Source: a virus. From it: 64,000 nt of DNA. The stretch lies in the IMG/VR virus record IMGVR_UViG_3300049929_000026, positions 1 through 64,000 of that record; one strand, 5' to 3'. Both the position numbers and the translations under genes were made by a program. The notes under the pieces are model-generated. The model searched no databases, was not told the origin of the DNA, and saw only the letters and a program-made list of their open reading frames with translations. Of the stretch, positions 20,416-29,271 are shown one piece after another (within the stretch, counting starts at the first letter, position 1; each line of letters starts with the position of its first letter).

Positions 20416-22062
20416 ATGGAACAACAGACCGTGTCCGAAGTAGCTCAGGTGTCGCGTGGGAACGCTGAAGACCACGAATATGACCAGTACCTGGCGCGCC
20501 TGCGGCGCCGGTTCGATCTCAACACCATCACCGGTGAGGTCCCCCTCTTCACGACCGATGCGTACAAGCGTCACGACACAACGCTGTGGGACGCCTACCT
20601 GAATTCGTTTCCACCCGAGGAACGCCAATATCACACTTGCTCGGCGTGCCGTCACTTTATCCAGCGCTATGGAACGTTGGTGACCATTGAAGCCGGTCGC
20701 ACGACGCCAGCTATCTGGGACGAAGGCGACGCTCCGGATCTCTACAAGACAGCGGTGGCGGCGATGGCCCGTCTCGTTCGCCGAGCGAAGGTGACTGGCA
20801 TCTTCTTGTCTGAGCAAGTCGAGCTCGGGCAGTCGTCTACCCGCACCGAACGGTGCACGTGGCGCCACTTTGCCGTGACGAACCCGCGCGTCTTCAAACG
20901 GATCACGAAAACGGCCAAGCAGACGCAGGCGGAACGGCGCGAAGACTACAATACTGTATCCAGGTCGCTCTCCGAGATCACACCGGCGACGCTTCAGCAG
21001 GCGGTCACGTTGCTCAAGACCGAGGCGTTGTGGCGCTCGGAGAAGGTGTTGGGAGGCGCTGAGTGGCTGCTGGCAGCCTCGGAAGAGCGGCGTAGCCTAA
21101 CCGGAGCGCTGCGCGACAATGCGCTCTGGCGCGCGATTGCCCTGGCGCCGGCGGGCTTCTGCCACCCGCGGAGCAGCATGATCGGCACCTTGCTCGAGGA
21201 CATTGAGGCGGGTCTCCCGTTCGAAGATGTGCGACGAAAGTTCGCGGCGAAGATGAACCCGACCATCTACCAACGGCCGCAGGCGGCGCCGAGCGCGGGC
21301 AACATCGCGCAGGCCGAGAAACTGGTCGAACAGCTCGGGATCGCTCCGTCACTCAAGCGGCGCTTCGCGCGCCTCGACGACATCCTGGAGAAGCTCTGGG
21401 AGCCGCGACCCGCGCGTGAGGAGACGAAGGCAGCAGGCGGAGTCTTCGGTCACCTGAAGCCGAAGGGGTCAGAACCAGCAGCTGCAATGCGAGTGCCGCC
21501 CGTGGTCATGACCTGGGAGAAGTTCAAACGAACTGTCTTGCCAGAAGCGCGGTCAATTGAGCTTCTCGCGCCGATGCGCGGCAACTACGAGGCTCTCGTG
21601 ACCGCGTCAGACCCGGAGGCGCCGCCGATTCTGCAGTGGGACTCGCCGGAGCGCCGCAACCCCGTTTCCTGGTACGTGTACAGTGGCGGGTCCATCGCTT
21701 CCCAATGGGGGCTGGCCGCTGGCGCTTGGGTCAAGGTGGTCGCGCTGTCCGCGAACCCGCCGCATTGGTTCGGGCGCGAGATGCCGCATCAGGCCGATGG
21801 TGTCCTGTTCGTGCTCGAAGGGTGCCGTGATTCGCGCTGGGCAAGCTCCGGTCTCGGCTTGTTCCCGGAATGCCTAAAGTCAGAGCTCCGGGAGGTGAAG
21901 TCCACAATCGAGGCCTATTCACACCGTGGCCAGCTCGAAGGGTACGAAGAGTCTTCCGCCTGCGGCATCAAGATCAGCAAGGGGCAGGCGAGCGATGTCC
22001 ACGTTCGCGTGTTCGGGGCGAGCGGGGCACCGGTTGAGTACCAGATCGACCGGTGGGACTGA
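20416..22062 (+). CDS. phage protein of unknown function
   Basis: LWDAYLNSFP..RQYHTCSACRHFI motif; 548-aa clean ORF with its own leader. Confidence 0.8.
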   Translation: MEQQTVSEVAQVSRGNAEDHEYDQYLARLRRRFDLNTITGEVPLFTTDAYKRHDTTLWDAYLNSFPPEERQYHTCSACRHFIQRYGTLVTIEAGRTTPAIWDEGDAPDLYKTAVAAMARLVRRAKVTGIFLSEQVELGQSSTRTERCTWRHFAVTNPRVFKRITKTAKQTQAERREDYNTVSRSLSEITPATLQQAVTLLKTEALWRSEKVLGGAEWLLAASEERRSLTGALRDNALWRAIALAPAGFCHPRSSMIGTLLEDIEAGLPFEDVRRKFAAKMNPTIYQRPQAAPSAGNIAQAEKLVEQLGIAPSLKRRFARLDDILEKLWEPRPAREETKAAGGVFGHLKPKGSEPAAAMRVPPVVMTWEKFKRTVLPEARSIELLAPMRGNYEALVTASDPEAPPILQWDSPERRNPVSWYVYSGGSIASQWGLAAGAWVKVVALSANPPHWFGREMPHQADGVLFVLEGCRDSRWASSGLGLFPECLKSELREVKSTIEAYSHRGQLEGYEESSACGIKISKGQASDVHVRVFGASGAPVEYQIDRWD

Positions 22063-23147
22063 TGGTGTTCGACTGGAAGATCTACAACGGAAACCTGCCG
22101 TGGCTGCCGGAGCGCACGATGCTCATGTGTAAGCACGGGAGCAAAGCGTACGGAACTTCTCTGCCCACAAGCGACGACGACTACCGAGGGGTCGCCATTG
22201 CTCCGCGCGAGTACTACTTGGGCGGTCTGAATCGGTTCGAACAAGCGGTGTGCAACGCGCCGGATCTGACCGTCTTCGATCTCCGCAAGTTTGTGGGCCT
22301 CGCCAGCGCAGCGAATCCTAACGTCCTGGAACTACTTTTTGTGGACGACTCGGACCGGCTTCAGGTTTCGAAAGCCGGTGAAAGGCTGCTTGCTATCCGC
22401 GACTCGTTCCTATCGCGCCGGGTGAAACACACGTTTTCTGGATATGCCAGGACGCAAATGAAGCGCATCGATTCCCATTTTCGATGGCTCAGTCATCCGA
22501 TCGAGAACCAGCCGACGCGCGCCGATTTCAAACTGCCGGAGCGCACACTGATCCCGCAGGATCAACTTTCCGCTGCGGAGGCCGGTATTCGGCAAAAGCT
22601 CGACAGCTGGAGCGCGGACTTTCTTGATGACCTTCCGCGCGACGTTCGAGAAGCGATCCTTCAGAAGATGAGTCTGCACCTAGCTGAGCTGCAGGTGTGC
22701 GCTGACGACACGCTGTGGAAAGGCGCGGCGCGCGCCATCGGCTATGAGGAGAATTTCATTCATCTACTCGACATGGAGAAGCGCTACGCCGCTCGAAAGC
22801 GGGACTTCGACAACTACCAGACTTGGAAGAAGAATCGGAACCCTGCGCGGGCGGCGCTCGAAGCGAAGTCGGGCTACGACACCAAGCACGGGATGCACCT
22901 AGTTCGTCTCATGCGAATGTGCCGAGAAATCCTAGAAACAGGGAAGGTGATCGTGCGCCGCCCCGACGCCGAAGAGTTGCTCCAGATCCGCGCGGGCGCG
23001 TGGTCATATGAGAAGCTCCGCGAGTGGGCTGAGCGGGAGGATGCCGCCCAAGAAGAACTGGCCAAGACCAGTCCACTTCCAAAGACGCCAGACTTCGAAG
23101 CCATCGACCGGCTGTGCGTCGACCTGATCTCCGAGGCAATTCGATGA
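22062..23147 (+). CDS. Pol-beta superfamily nucleotidyltransferase (Nuc-transf/RlaP-like)
   Basis: HGSKAYGT..TSDDDYRG, NPNVLELL, GYDTKHGMHLVRL. Confidence 0.88.
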   Translation: MVFDWKIYNGNLPWLPERTMLMCKHGSKAYGTSLPTSDDDYRGVAIAPREYYLGGLNRFEQAVCNAPDLTVFDLRKFVGLASAANPNVLELLFVDDSDRLQVSKAGERLLAIRDSFLSRRVKHTFSGYARTQMKRIDSHFRWLSHPIENQPTRADFKLPERTLIPQDQLSAAEAGIRQKLDSWSADFLDDLPRDVREAILQKMSLHLAELQVCADDTLWKGAARAIGYEENFIHLLDMEKRYAARKRDFDNYQTWKKNRNPARAALEAKSGYDTKHGMHLVRLMRMCREILETGKVIVRRPDAEELLQIRAGAWSYEKLREWAEREDAAQEELAKTSPLPKTPDFEAIDRLCVDLISEAIR

Positions 23148-24490
23148 TCCATCCCCCAGAGAACGTCTTTCAAATTGCCCATCGGTTGCGCAGAGCCGGA
23201 TTTCAGGCCTGGCTGGTCGGTGGCGCCGTTCGCGACAGCATCATGTGCCGCGAGCCCCACGACTGGGACATCGCGACCAATGCCCGTCCTGACGCCGTGG
23301 TGGGGCTATTCGACAGGGTGGTGGAGACCGGCATCAAGCACGGCACGGTGACCGTGATCATCGACGGTGAGCCGTTTGAGGTGACGACGTTCCGCGGTGA
23401 TGGAGCGTACTCGGACGGCCGCCGCCCGGACTCCGTGACGTTCCTCGACACCATCGAGCAGGATCTGGCGCGCCGTGACTTCACGATCAACGCCATCGCT
23501 TACGACCCAATCGCCGGCACGTTCGCCGATCCCTATGCTGGTCGCGAGGACATTGAGGCTAGCCTATTGCGGGCCGTAGGTGACCCGCACGCGCGCTTTC
23601 GCGAGGATGGGCTCCGCATGCTGCGGGCTGCGCGGTTCGCCGCTGTGCTGGGCTTCAGCACCGACCAAGCGACCTGGCAAGCCCTGGGCTCGGAGCTTCA
23701 CATGCTCAATGGGCTGGCGGCGGAGCGCATCCACGACGAATGGGTGAAGGCTTTGGGGTCCGCTAAACCGTCTATGTTTTTCGAGACGCTCCGCGGGACC
23801 GGCATGCTCGCGCCGCTCTGCCCCGAGATCGTGCCGCTGATTGGATGCGAGCAAAACAGGTGGCACGCCTACGACGTCTATTTTCACACCATGAGCGTTC
23901 TCGATCATTCTCCGCCCGACCCCGTCATCCGTCTGGCGGCCGTCTTCCACGATGTGAGCAAGCCCGCCACCAAGGGTATCCACCCGGTGACTGGCGATGT
24001 CACGTTCTACGACCATGAGAATGTCGGCGCCGGCGTGGCTGACGGCATCCTGGAGCGAATGCGCTTTTCCACGGAGCACCGGCAGAAAGCCGTGCACCTG
24101 ATTCGGCACCACCTGATCCCTTATCAGCCCGGGTGGGCTGCGGCGGCCATCCGGCGCTGGGTACGCCGTGTCGGGTCGGGAAACGTCGCGCCGCTCCTGC
24201 AGCTCGCGCGCGCCGACGTTGCCGGCAAGGGCCCGGCAGCCATCGAGATGCGAACCGACGCGCTCGATGAGCTCGAGCGGCGGATCTCGGAGATGGAAAT
24301 CCGCGCGCCCATCGTCACCAGCACCACGGCACTCGCCATCAACGGCGGGGACGTGATGGCCGAGCTCGGTATTGGCCCAGGCAAGCAGGTCGGGGAAGCG
24401 CTCAAGATGCTGCTCGAGTGCGTCACAGAGGCGCCGGAGCTCAACACGCGAGATAGTCTGCTCGCCGTGCTGCGATCGGTGACGCCATGA
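23144..24490 (+). CDS. cca: class II tRNA nucleotidyltransferase (CCA-adding) with HD domain
   Basis: VGGAVRD, DWDIAT, RRDFTINA, EDGLRMLRAARF, FHD; flexible loop YSDGRRPD present. Confidence 0.92.
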   Translation: MIHPPENVFQIAHRLRRAGFQAWLVGGAVRDSIMCREPHDWDIATNARPDAVVGLFDRVVETGIKHGTVTVIIDGEPFEVTTFRGDGAYSDGRRPDSVTFLDTIEQDLARRDFTINAIAYDPIAGTFADPYAGREDIEASLLRAVGDPHARFREDGLRMLRAARFAAVLGFSTDQATWQALGSELHMLNGLAAERIHDEWVKALGSAKPSMFFETLRGTGMLAPLCPEIVPLIGCEQNRWHAYDVYFHTMSVLDHSPPDPVIRLAAVFHDVSKPATKGIHPVTGDVTFYDHENVGAGVADGILERMRFSTEHRQKAVHLIRHHLIPYQPGWAAAAIRRWVRRVGSGNVAPLLQLARADVAGKGPAAIEMRTDALDELERRISEMEIRAPIVTSTTALAINGGDVMAELGIGPGKQVGEALKMLLECVTEAPELNTRDSLLAVLRSVTP

Positions 24491-25203
24491 AGATCGAGCG
24501 TTGCGACATGTGTGGGCGCGCCGCGGTACTGCGAGACGTAGGACCGACCGCGCGCTGGTGTGCCGACTGCTTGCAGCGATACCCGTCAAACCGCATCGCG
24601 GAACGCCAACTTGAGCCCGAGGTAGTATCGGCAGCGGGGGAGCCGCCCGCTCCGGTGGCAGGGTATGGCCCTGGGTCGCGCTGGAAAGACGAAGAACTGT
24701 CGCCGCCGCCTCACGGAGCGCCACGTCAACAAGACACGCCGGAGCTGATTGCCGCAGAGATGGCTGCGAGCTGGCGAGAAATGGGCGCGGACATCGACCG
24801 TCTTGAGCGTGAGCGCGATGCCGCCCGAGCCGAGGTGGAAGCGCTCAAATGTGAGCTACGCGGCGACGAGGCACACCAAGAGCTGCTCGTTGTATGCGAA
24901 GAACGCGACAAGGCGCGGCGGGCGCGCGACTACCACAAGGAAGAACTCGCCAACATCCGCGAGGCATTCACCAGTCGCTGCTGGGATGCTGGCGACCTCG
25001 CTGGGGAGCGTCTCCTTGGTGCTGTGATTTCGACGCTGCAATCACAGTCCGTACTGCGTGAGACCATTCGGGCCTTGCAGGCACGAATAGAGGAGCGCGA
25101 GGAGCAACCGTGCGCGCAGTGCGGGCGCTATGTCAGCACCGACGGACACGCGGAGGGTTGCGTCTGCGAGGTGCGCGGCGCAGGAAAGGGTGCCAAGTCA
25201 TGA
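24487..25203 (+). CDS. hypothetical coiled-coil protein
   Basis: ATGA overlap; CxxC motifs and coiled coil. Confidence 0.6.
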   Translation: MKIERCDMCGRAAVLRDVGPTARWCADCLQRYPSNRIAERQLEPEVVSAAGEPPAPVAGYGPGSRWKDEELSPPPHGAPRQQDTPELIAAEMAASWREMGADIDRLERERDAARAEVEALKCELRGDEAHQELLVVCEERDKARRARDYHKEELANIREAFTSRCWDAGDLAGERLLGAVISTLQSQSVLRETIRALQARIEEREEQPCAQCGRYVSTDGHAEGCVCEVRGAGKGAKS

Positions 25204-25258
25204 AAGAGGCAACAATTCGCAGCCATCACCCGGAGCGAGAAATAAAGCCGCCGCCGCC

Positions 25259-26011
25259 ATGAGCCCGACCGTCCTTCTCTCCCAGCGCTTCAGCACCGAC
25301 TCCAACGAGGTTTGGAAAGCCGCGGTCAAGCGCGGCTGGAACGTGCATCGAGCCATCCGCTACTTGCCGCCCGATCCGCTGCCAGAGCAGGTGTTCGCGT
25401 ATGGCGAGGTTTCGTTCTGCGACATCATGGCGGAGCGGTGCGGGCTTGGGCTGCTTGACCCGCCCGATCGCTGGCTGGCGGACCTGCCATACGAACTGCT
25501 CAAGCGTGACGTTCTGTTTCTGCAAGCCAGCAACCTGCGCTGGATACGCTGTCGCGCTTTCTTCAAGCCGTCGAATGACAAGGTGTTCTCCGCTGGCGTT
25601 TACGAGCGCGGAGCCGACGTACCGACGAAGTACGTTGATCCGGATTGCCCGTGCCTCGTGTCCGAGGTTGTCGCGTTCGACGTCGAGTACCGGTGCCACG
25701 TGTTGGACGGGGCGGTCACCCGCATGGCCTTCTACCGAATGATCGGTGTCGAGGAGCACGAAGTGGAGGCTGACGCGCGGGCGTTTTCTGAGCGCGTTCT
25801 CGCTGGGCATGCGAGCGAGCTCCCATCGGCTGTGGTGCTCGACATCGGACGCATTGAGGGCCGCGGCTGGGCCGTCGTCGAGGCAAATCAGGCGCACGCC
25901 TCGGGCATCTACGGCGACGCGGATGTCGGGCCCGTGCTGGACTGTGCTCTCCGTTCGGCGGGGCCGATGGCGGCGGTGTCGGATCGGGACCGGCCATTTC
26001 TGAGGGAATAG
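25259..26011 (+). CDS. ATP-grasp protein (R2K-clade-like)
   Basis: FFKP..DKVF, VSEVV.F.VEYR, VLDIG...GWAVVEAN...SGIYG. Confidence 0.8.
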   Translation: MSPTVLLSQRFSTDSNEVWKAAVKRGWNVHRAIRYLPPDPLPEQVFAYGEVSFCDIMAERCGLGLLDPPDRWLADLPYELLKRDVLFLQASNLRWIRCRAFFKPSNDKVFSAGVYERGADVPTKYVDPDCPCLVSEVVAFDVEYRCHVLDGAVTRMAFYRMIGVEEHEVEADARAFSERVLAGHASELPSAVVLDIGRIEGRGWAVVEANQAHASGIYGDADVGPVLDCALRSAGPMAAVSDRDRPFLRE

Positions 26012-26157
26012 GGACCATGGTCGGCGAGCGGGGGTAAGCCTACTGTTGCGCGGAGAGGCGGCGTTCGCTGCGGGGGACGAGCTTGAGCGTGTGCCAGCCG
26101 CTGCGAGCCCTACCGATTGGGCCTAGCGCTAACATCTTTTATGATGTATGTTTAGGC

Positions 26158-26340
26158 ATGAGTTCGGCGGAGATCATCAAGCTACTGAAAGCCGCTGGCT
26201 GGACACTGAAGCGGGTCTCGGGTTCGCACCATCAGTTCAAGCACGCCACGCTGCCGCTCGTGGTTACCGTCCCGCACCCGCGCAAGGACGTCCCGAAGGG
26301 GACCGCCGAAGCGATACTCAAAGCCGCTGGTCTGAAATAA
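26158..26340 (+). CDS. hicA: HicA toxin
   Basis: GW...RVSGSHHQFKH...VTVPHPRKDVPKGT. Confidence 0.93.
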   Translation: MSSAEIIKLLKAAGWTLKRVSGSHHQFKHATLPLVVTVPHPRKDVPKGTAEAILKAAGLK

Positions 26341-26350
26341 GGAGACCACC

Positions 26351-26764
26351 ATGCAATACCGAGCAACATTCGAAAAAGTAGGGCGCACGTTCAACGTGAG
26401 TTTTCCGGACTGCCCGGGGTGCCTCACCTTCGGGAAGAGCGAAGCTGAGGCACTCGCGATGGCGCACGAGGCTCTCGAGGGATGGCTTGAGGCCTGCCTG
26501 GTTTCTGGCGTTGTTCCGCCGGCGCCGAAGGCAAAACGCGGCCATGCGATCACGGTCAACCCGCACCTGTCGGCGGTCGTCTTGATTCGTCAGCGCCGTG
26601 CTGCCCTGGGTCTCTCTCAGGCAGAGGTAGCCAAACGCGCGGGCTTGTCGCAGCAGCAGATTGCTCGGCTCGAGAACCCAGACGGGAATCCAACGGTGGC
26701 GACACTGGCTAAGGTCGCTGAAGCGCTTGGGTCCAGGGTCGAGCTGAGCCTGACGGCGGCCTGA
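26351..26764 (+). CDS. hicB: HicB antitoxin with C-terminal HTH
   Basis: VSFPDCPGCLTFGKSEAEA; GLSQAEVA...IARLE HTH. Confidence 0.92.
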   Translation: MQYRATFEKVGRTFNVSFPDCPGCLTFGKSEAEALAMAHEALEGWLEACLVSGVVPPAPKAKRGHAITVNPHLSAVVLIRQRRAALGLSQAEVAKRAGLSQQQIARLENPDGNPTVATLAKVAEALGSRVELSLTAA

Positions 26765-26767
26765 GCT

Positions 26768-27106
26768 GTGGCCATAAGCAAGACGGTTCGACCCGTCTCA
26801 CCGGGTGAGGTACTCCGTGAGCAGCTCGAAGAGCTCGGCATGTCGGCAAACGCGCTGGCGGCCGCGCTGCACGTGCCAACGAATCGAATCACCGGCATCC
26901 TGAACGCGACGCGCGCGCTCACGCCGGAGACAGCGCTGCGGCTCGAGCGGTACTTCGCGGGCACCACCGCGCAGTTCTGGCTCAACATGCAAACCAGCTT
27001 CGACCTGCGCCGTGCAGAGCTCAAGATCGGCACTGCGCTCCGCGAAATTTGTCCGCTGAGGCGTTTAACGGTCCGACCTGAAACAAAAGAAAAAAGCCCC
27101 CGATAG
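26768..27106 (+). CDS. higA: HigA-family antitoxin (orphan)
   Basis: PGEVLRE, ALTPETALRLERYF.TTAQFWLNMQ. Confidence 0.9.
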   Translation: MAISKTVRPVSPGEVLREQLEELGMSANALAAALHVPTNRITGILNATRALTPETALRLERYFAGTTAQFWLNMQTSFDLRRAELKIGTALREICPLRRLTVRPETKEKSPR

Positions 27107-27126
27107 CGGTGAGGCTACCAGGGGCT
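27085..27126 (-). terminator. intrinsic terminator ending the tRNA array
   Basis: AGCCCC...GGGGCU hairpin followed by UUUUUCUUUU on the - strand. Confidence 0.8.
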
Positions 27127-27253
27127 CGGCATTGTCACCACGTCTTGAGGAAAGTTGCCGGTGTTCCCGGTCGTTCCTCTCGACCACGACCTTTCGGCGG
27201 TGGCTGCCCAACCGGTTTACCGGCCAATGCGAGGGGCTTATTGAAGCTAGCAG

Positions 27254-27322
27254 AGCCGGCGAAGAGGATCGAACTCTTTTCGAGTGCAGTACGAAAGCAC
27301 GCGCCTTCCAAAGGGCACCGGC
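27254..27322 (-). tRNA. tRNA-Thr(CGT)
   Basis: Loop TT-CGT-AC, GTTCGATCC T arm, short D arm, no CCA. Confidence 0.75.
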
Positions 27323-27327
27323 GTCGG

Positions 27328-27409
27328 CGGGAAGAGGACGAGTCGAACGTCTCACCGAAGTGCCAACCGGGTAGCAACCGGCGGCGCGCCCACGCGCGCT
27401 TCACTTTCC
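27328..27409 (-). tRNA. tRNA-Ser(GCT)
   Basis: GCCGG-TTGCTAC-CCGGT, variable arm, imperfect acceptor stem. Confidence 0.75.
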
Positions 27410-27413
27410 GTAG

Positions 27414-27496
27414 CGGAAGACCGAGTACTCGAAACCCACGGTGTTACCCGCACACTGCTTTCGAAACAGGTTCAGCGCCTTGCTGATTGATCTTCC
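27414..27496 (-). tRNA. tRNA-Ser(CGA)
   Basis: Loop TT-CGA-AA, long variable arm, G73. Confidence 0.82.
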
Positions 27497-27498
27497 AA

Positions 27499-27580
27499 TG
27501 GCCGAGAGTTGTGGAATCGAACCACCATCCGTGGATGTGCCAGTTTTCAAGGCTGGTTTGCCGCCATCGCCAAACCCTCG
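27499..27580 (-). tRNA. tRNA-Ser(TGA)
   Basis: Loop CT-TGA-AA, variable arm, GCCA end. Confidence 0.8.
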
Positions 27581-27581
27581 G

Positions 27582-27662
27582 CGGAGAGCGACGTACTCGA
27601 AACGCAGGCCGTAGCCCCATCCGCTTTCCAAGCGGCGCCCGCGCCCCGCGGGTTCACTCTCC
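27582..27662 (-). tRNA. tRNA-Ser(GGA)
   Basis: Loop TT-GGA-AA, variable arm, GGAGAG acceptor. Confidence 0.85.
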
Positions 27663-27670
27663 AAAGTAGC

Positions 27671-28186
27671 TCACGCTAGGTCGCGCACGAAGCTCAACCA
27701 TTCCTCGGGTGCATTGCTCACGTCGATGCGCGGCCCGACGTGCGGCAGCGAACGCGGCGCAACCGGATCGCGTATTGGAAACATGCCGGCCTCGTCGCAA
27801 CTCTTGTTGGCCTTGCGCGAATTGCAGCTGCGGCACGCGCTGGCGATGTTCGACCACTCGGTGCGACCGCCAGCGGACCTAGGCACGACGTGGTCGTAAG
27901 TCAGATCACGCTCCGCGAACTTGTTGCCGCAATACTGGCAGCGGTACCCGTCTCGTGTGTAGACGTTCGCGCGTGAAAAGCGCACCCCGCGCTGGGCACG
28001 CTTCGGCAAGTGCTTGAGGCGCATCACCGCAGGCACATTCCAGGTCACCGAGGGCGAGGAGATTTCGTCCTCATACTCGACCACCACTTCGGCGTTGCCC
28101 TCGTAGCGGAGCTTCACCGCATCCTGCCAGTGCAGGATGCGTATCGGTACGTACCAAGGTGAGAGCAAGAGCGTTCGCGTGTGCAT
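27671..28186 (-). CDS. HNH endonuclease inside the tRNA array
   Basis: FSRANVYTRDGYRCQYCG, TYDHVVPRSAGG.TEWSNI.SAC..CNSRK. Confidence 0.92.
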   Translation of the reverse strand: MHTRTLLLSPWYVPIRILHWQDAVKLRYEGNAEVVVEYEDEISSPSVTWNVPAVMRLKHLPKRAQRGVRFSRANVYTRDGYRCQYCGNKFAERDLTYDHVVPRSAGGRTEWSNIASACRSCNSRKANKSCDEAGMFPIRDPVAPRSLPHVGPRIDVSNAPEEWLSFVRDLA

Positions 28187-28210
28187 GGTCGTCCCTCGTT
28201 GCTGTTGTTG

Positions 28211-28296
28211 TGCTCACTGCGCGAGTCGAACGCGCACGGGGCTCGCGCCCCGACGGTTTTTGAGACCGTTGTGTATACCAATTCCACCAAGTGAGC
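28211..28296 (-). tRNA. tRNA-Leu(CAA)
   Basis: ACGGT-CTCAAAA-ACCGT, Leu-type D arm and variable arm. Confidence 0.9.
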
Positions 28297-28297
28297 A

Positions 28298-28384
28298 TGG
28301 TCCCGACGAACGGATTTGAACCGATAAGAGTTGCCTCACACCCTTCTCAGGAGTGCGCGTTTGCCAGATTTTCGCCACGTCGGG
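28298..28384 (-). tRNA. tRNA-Leu(GAG)
   Basis: Loop CT-GAG-AA, ACCA end. Confidence 0.9.
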
Positions 28385-28416
28385 GTTGGTCCCAGATTGA
28401 GGCTCCGGGCTGGCCT

Positions 28417-28502
28417 TGGTGCACACGGATGGATTTGAACCAACACGAGGTTTCCCCCGGCGCGTTCTAAGCGCGCTGCGGCTGCCGTTTCGCCACGTGT
28501 GC
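28417..28502 (-). tRNA. tRNA-Leu(TAG)
   Basis: GCGCG-CTTAGAA-CGCGC, ACCA end. Confidence 0.9.
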
Positions 28503-28506
28503 ATAG

Positions 28507-28578
28507 TACGGGAACAGGGGATCGAACCCTGCTCTTCGGCGTGTCACACCGACGTAGAAACCACTCTACTATTCCCGT
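28507..28578 (-). tRNA. tRNA-Val(GAC)
   Basis: Loop GT-GAC-AC, GGTTCGATCC T arm. Confidence 0.85.
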
Positions 28579-28582
28579 GTCG

Positions 28583-28656
28583 TGGTGGAGCTACCGCGAG
28601 TTGAGCGCGGCCAAGATCGATATCAGCGATCTCCGGTCACCGGACCATCTAGCTCC
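28583..28656 (-). tRNA. tRNA-Ile(GAT)
   Basis: GATCG-CTGATAT-CGATC, ACCA end, atypical T loop. Confidence 0.8.
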
Positions 28657-28666
28657 GTTGTCTTTG

Positions 28667-28735
28667 TGCGCCGCCCGGGTGCTGGCCCCGACGTGCCGTG
28701 TTTATAAGACTCGGCTGCTCACCGGAGCTCGGCGC
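28667..28735 (-). tRNA. tRNA-Ile(TAT), degenerate
   Basis: Loop CT-TAT-AA, GCGCCG/CGGCGC acceptor, poor T arm. Confidence 0.6.
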
Positions 28736-28736
28736 A

Positions 28737-28821
28737 TGGTGTCCGCTCCCGGCTTCGAACCGGGATGCCTTTCGGCGGCCGGGTTTAGACCGGCTGTGTA
28801 TGCCTATTCCACCAAGCGGAC
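28737..28821 (-). tRNA. tRNA-Leu(TAA) with C33
   Basis: GCCGG-TCTAAAC-CCGGC, Leu body, ACCA end. Confidence 0.85.
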
Positions 28822-28822
28822 A

Positions 28823-28897
28823 TGGTACGGGGCAAGAGGATCGAACTCTTCTCGCTGGGGTGTAGACCCAGAGCCGTCACCAGACGGCGAGCCCCGC
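28823..28897 (-). tRNA. tRNA-Val(TAC) with C33
   Basis: CTGGG-TCTACAC-CCCAG, ACCA end. Confidence 0.82.
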
Positions 28898-28902
28898 GCG
28901 GG

Positions 28903-28976
28903 TTCTGGGCCAGCGACTCGAACGCTGCTCTTCCAAGTTCAAAGCTTGGTTATCCTGGCCAGTAGACGATCCCAGA
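28903..28976 (-). tRNA. tRNA-Gln(TTG)
   Basis: CCAAG-CTTTGAA-CTTGG, U1-A72. Confidence 0.88.
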
Positions 28977-28977
28977 G

Positions 28978-29046
28978 TGGTGACACGTGGACTCGAACCA
29001 CAGCCGCCGGCCTTATGAGAGCCGCGTCGCTCCTTGCGTTGTCACC
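28978..29046 (-). tRNA. tRNA-Met or Ile2 (CAT)
   Basis: CGGCT-CTCATAA-GGCCG, GGTTCGAGTCC, short D arm. Confidence 0.78.
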
Positions 29047-29047
29047 G

Positions 29048-29123
29048 TAGCGTGGCCACGAATTGAACGTGGTATCTCCGAGGTTATGAGCCTGGCGGGC
29101 TAGTCCGTCGCCCTCCACACGCA
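29048..29123 (-). tRNA. tRNA-fMet-like (CAT)
   Basis: GGCTCATAACC, GTTCAATTC, unpaired 1:72. Confidence 0.72.
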
Positions 29124-29124
29124 G

Positions 29125-29193
29125 CGCTCCCGTGGTGAATCGAACACCATAGTCAGCCTTCGGAGGGCCGACGCGAAACCCGTTCGCGAGAGC
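29125..29193 (-). tRNA. tRNA-Arg(CCG)
   Basis: CGGCC-CTCCGAA-GGCTG, short D arm. Confidence 0.78.
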
Positions 29194-29196
29194 AAA

Positions 29197-29270
29197 TGGA
29201 GTCTCCGGAAGGAGTCGAGCCTTCGCAGTCAGCGTTCGTAGCGCCGATGTCCAAATCCCTGGACGGAGAC
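29197..29270 (-). tRNA. tRNA-Arg(ACG)
   Basis: CGGCG-CTACGAA-CGCTG, CCA end. Confidence 0.82.
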
Positions 29271-29271
29271 A

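Noticed and set aside
20416-22062. Ro60/TROVE assignment for the gene after rtcB
   Set aside because: No recognisable C-terminal vWA DxSxS motif
27160-27215. Resemblance to the RNase P RNA 5' motif (GAGGAACGACCGGG vs GAGGAAAGUCCGGG)
   Set aside because: The segment is far too short, lacks the 3' P4 partner, and pairs locally instead
28737-28821. Amber suppressor (CUA) reading of the loop UCUAAAC
   Set aside because: The perfect GCCGG/CCGGC stem fixes UAA at positions 34-36; a shifted register does not pair, and TAG acts as a normal stop in rtcB and other genes
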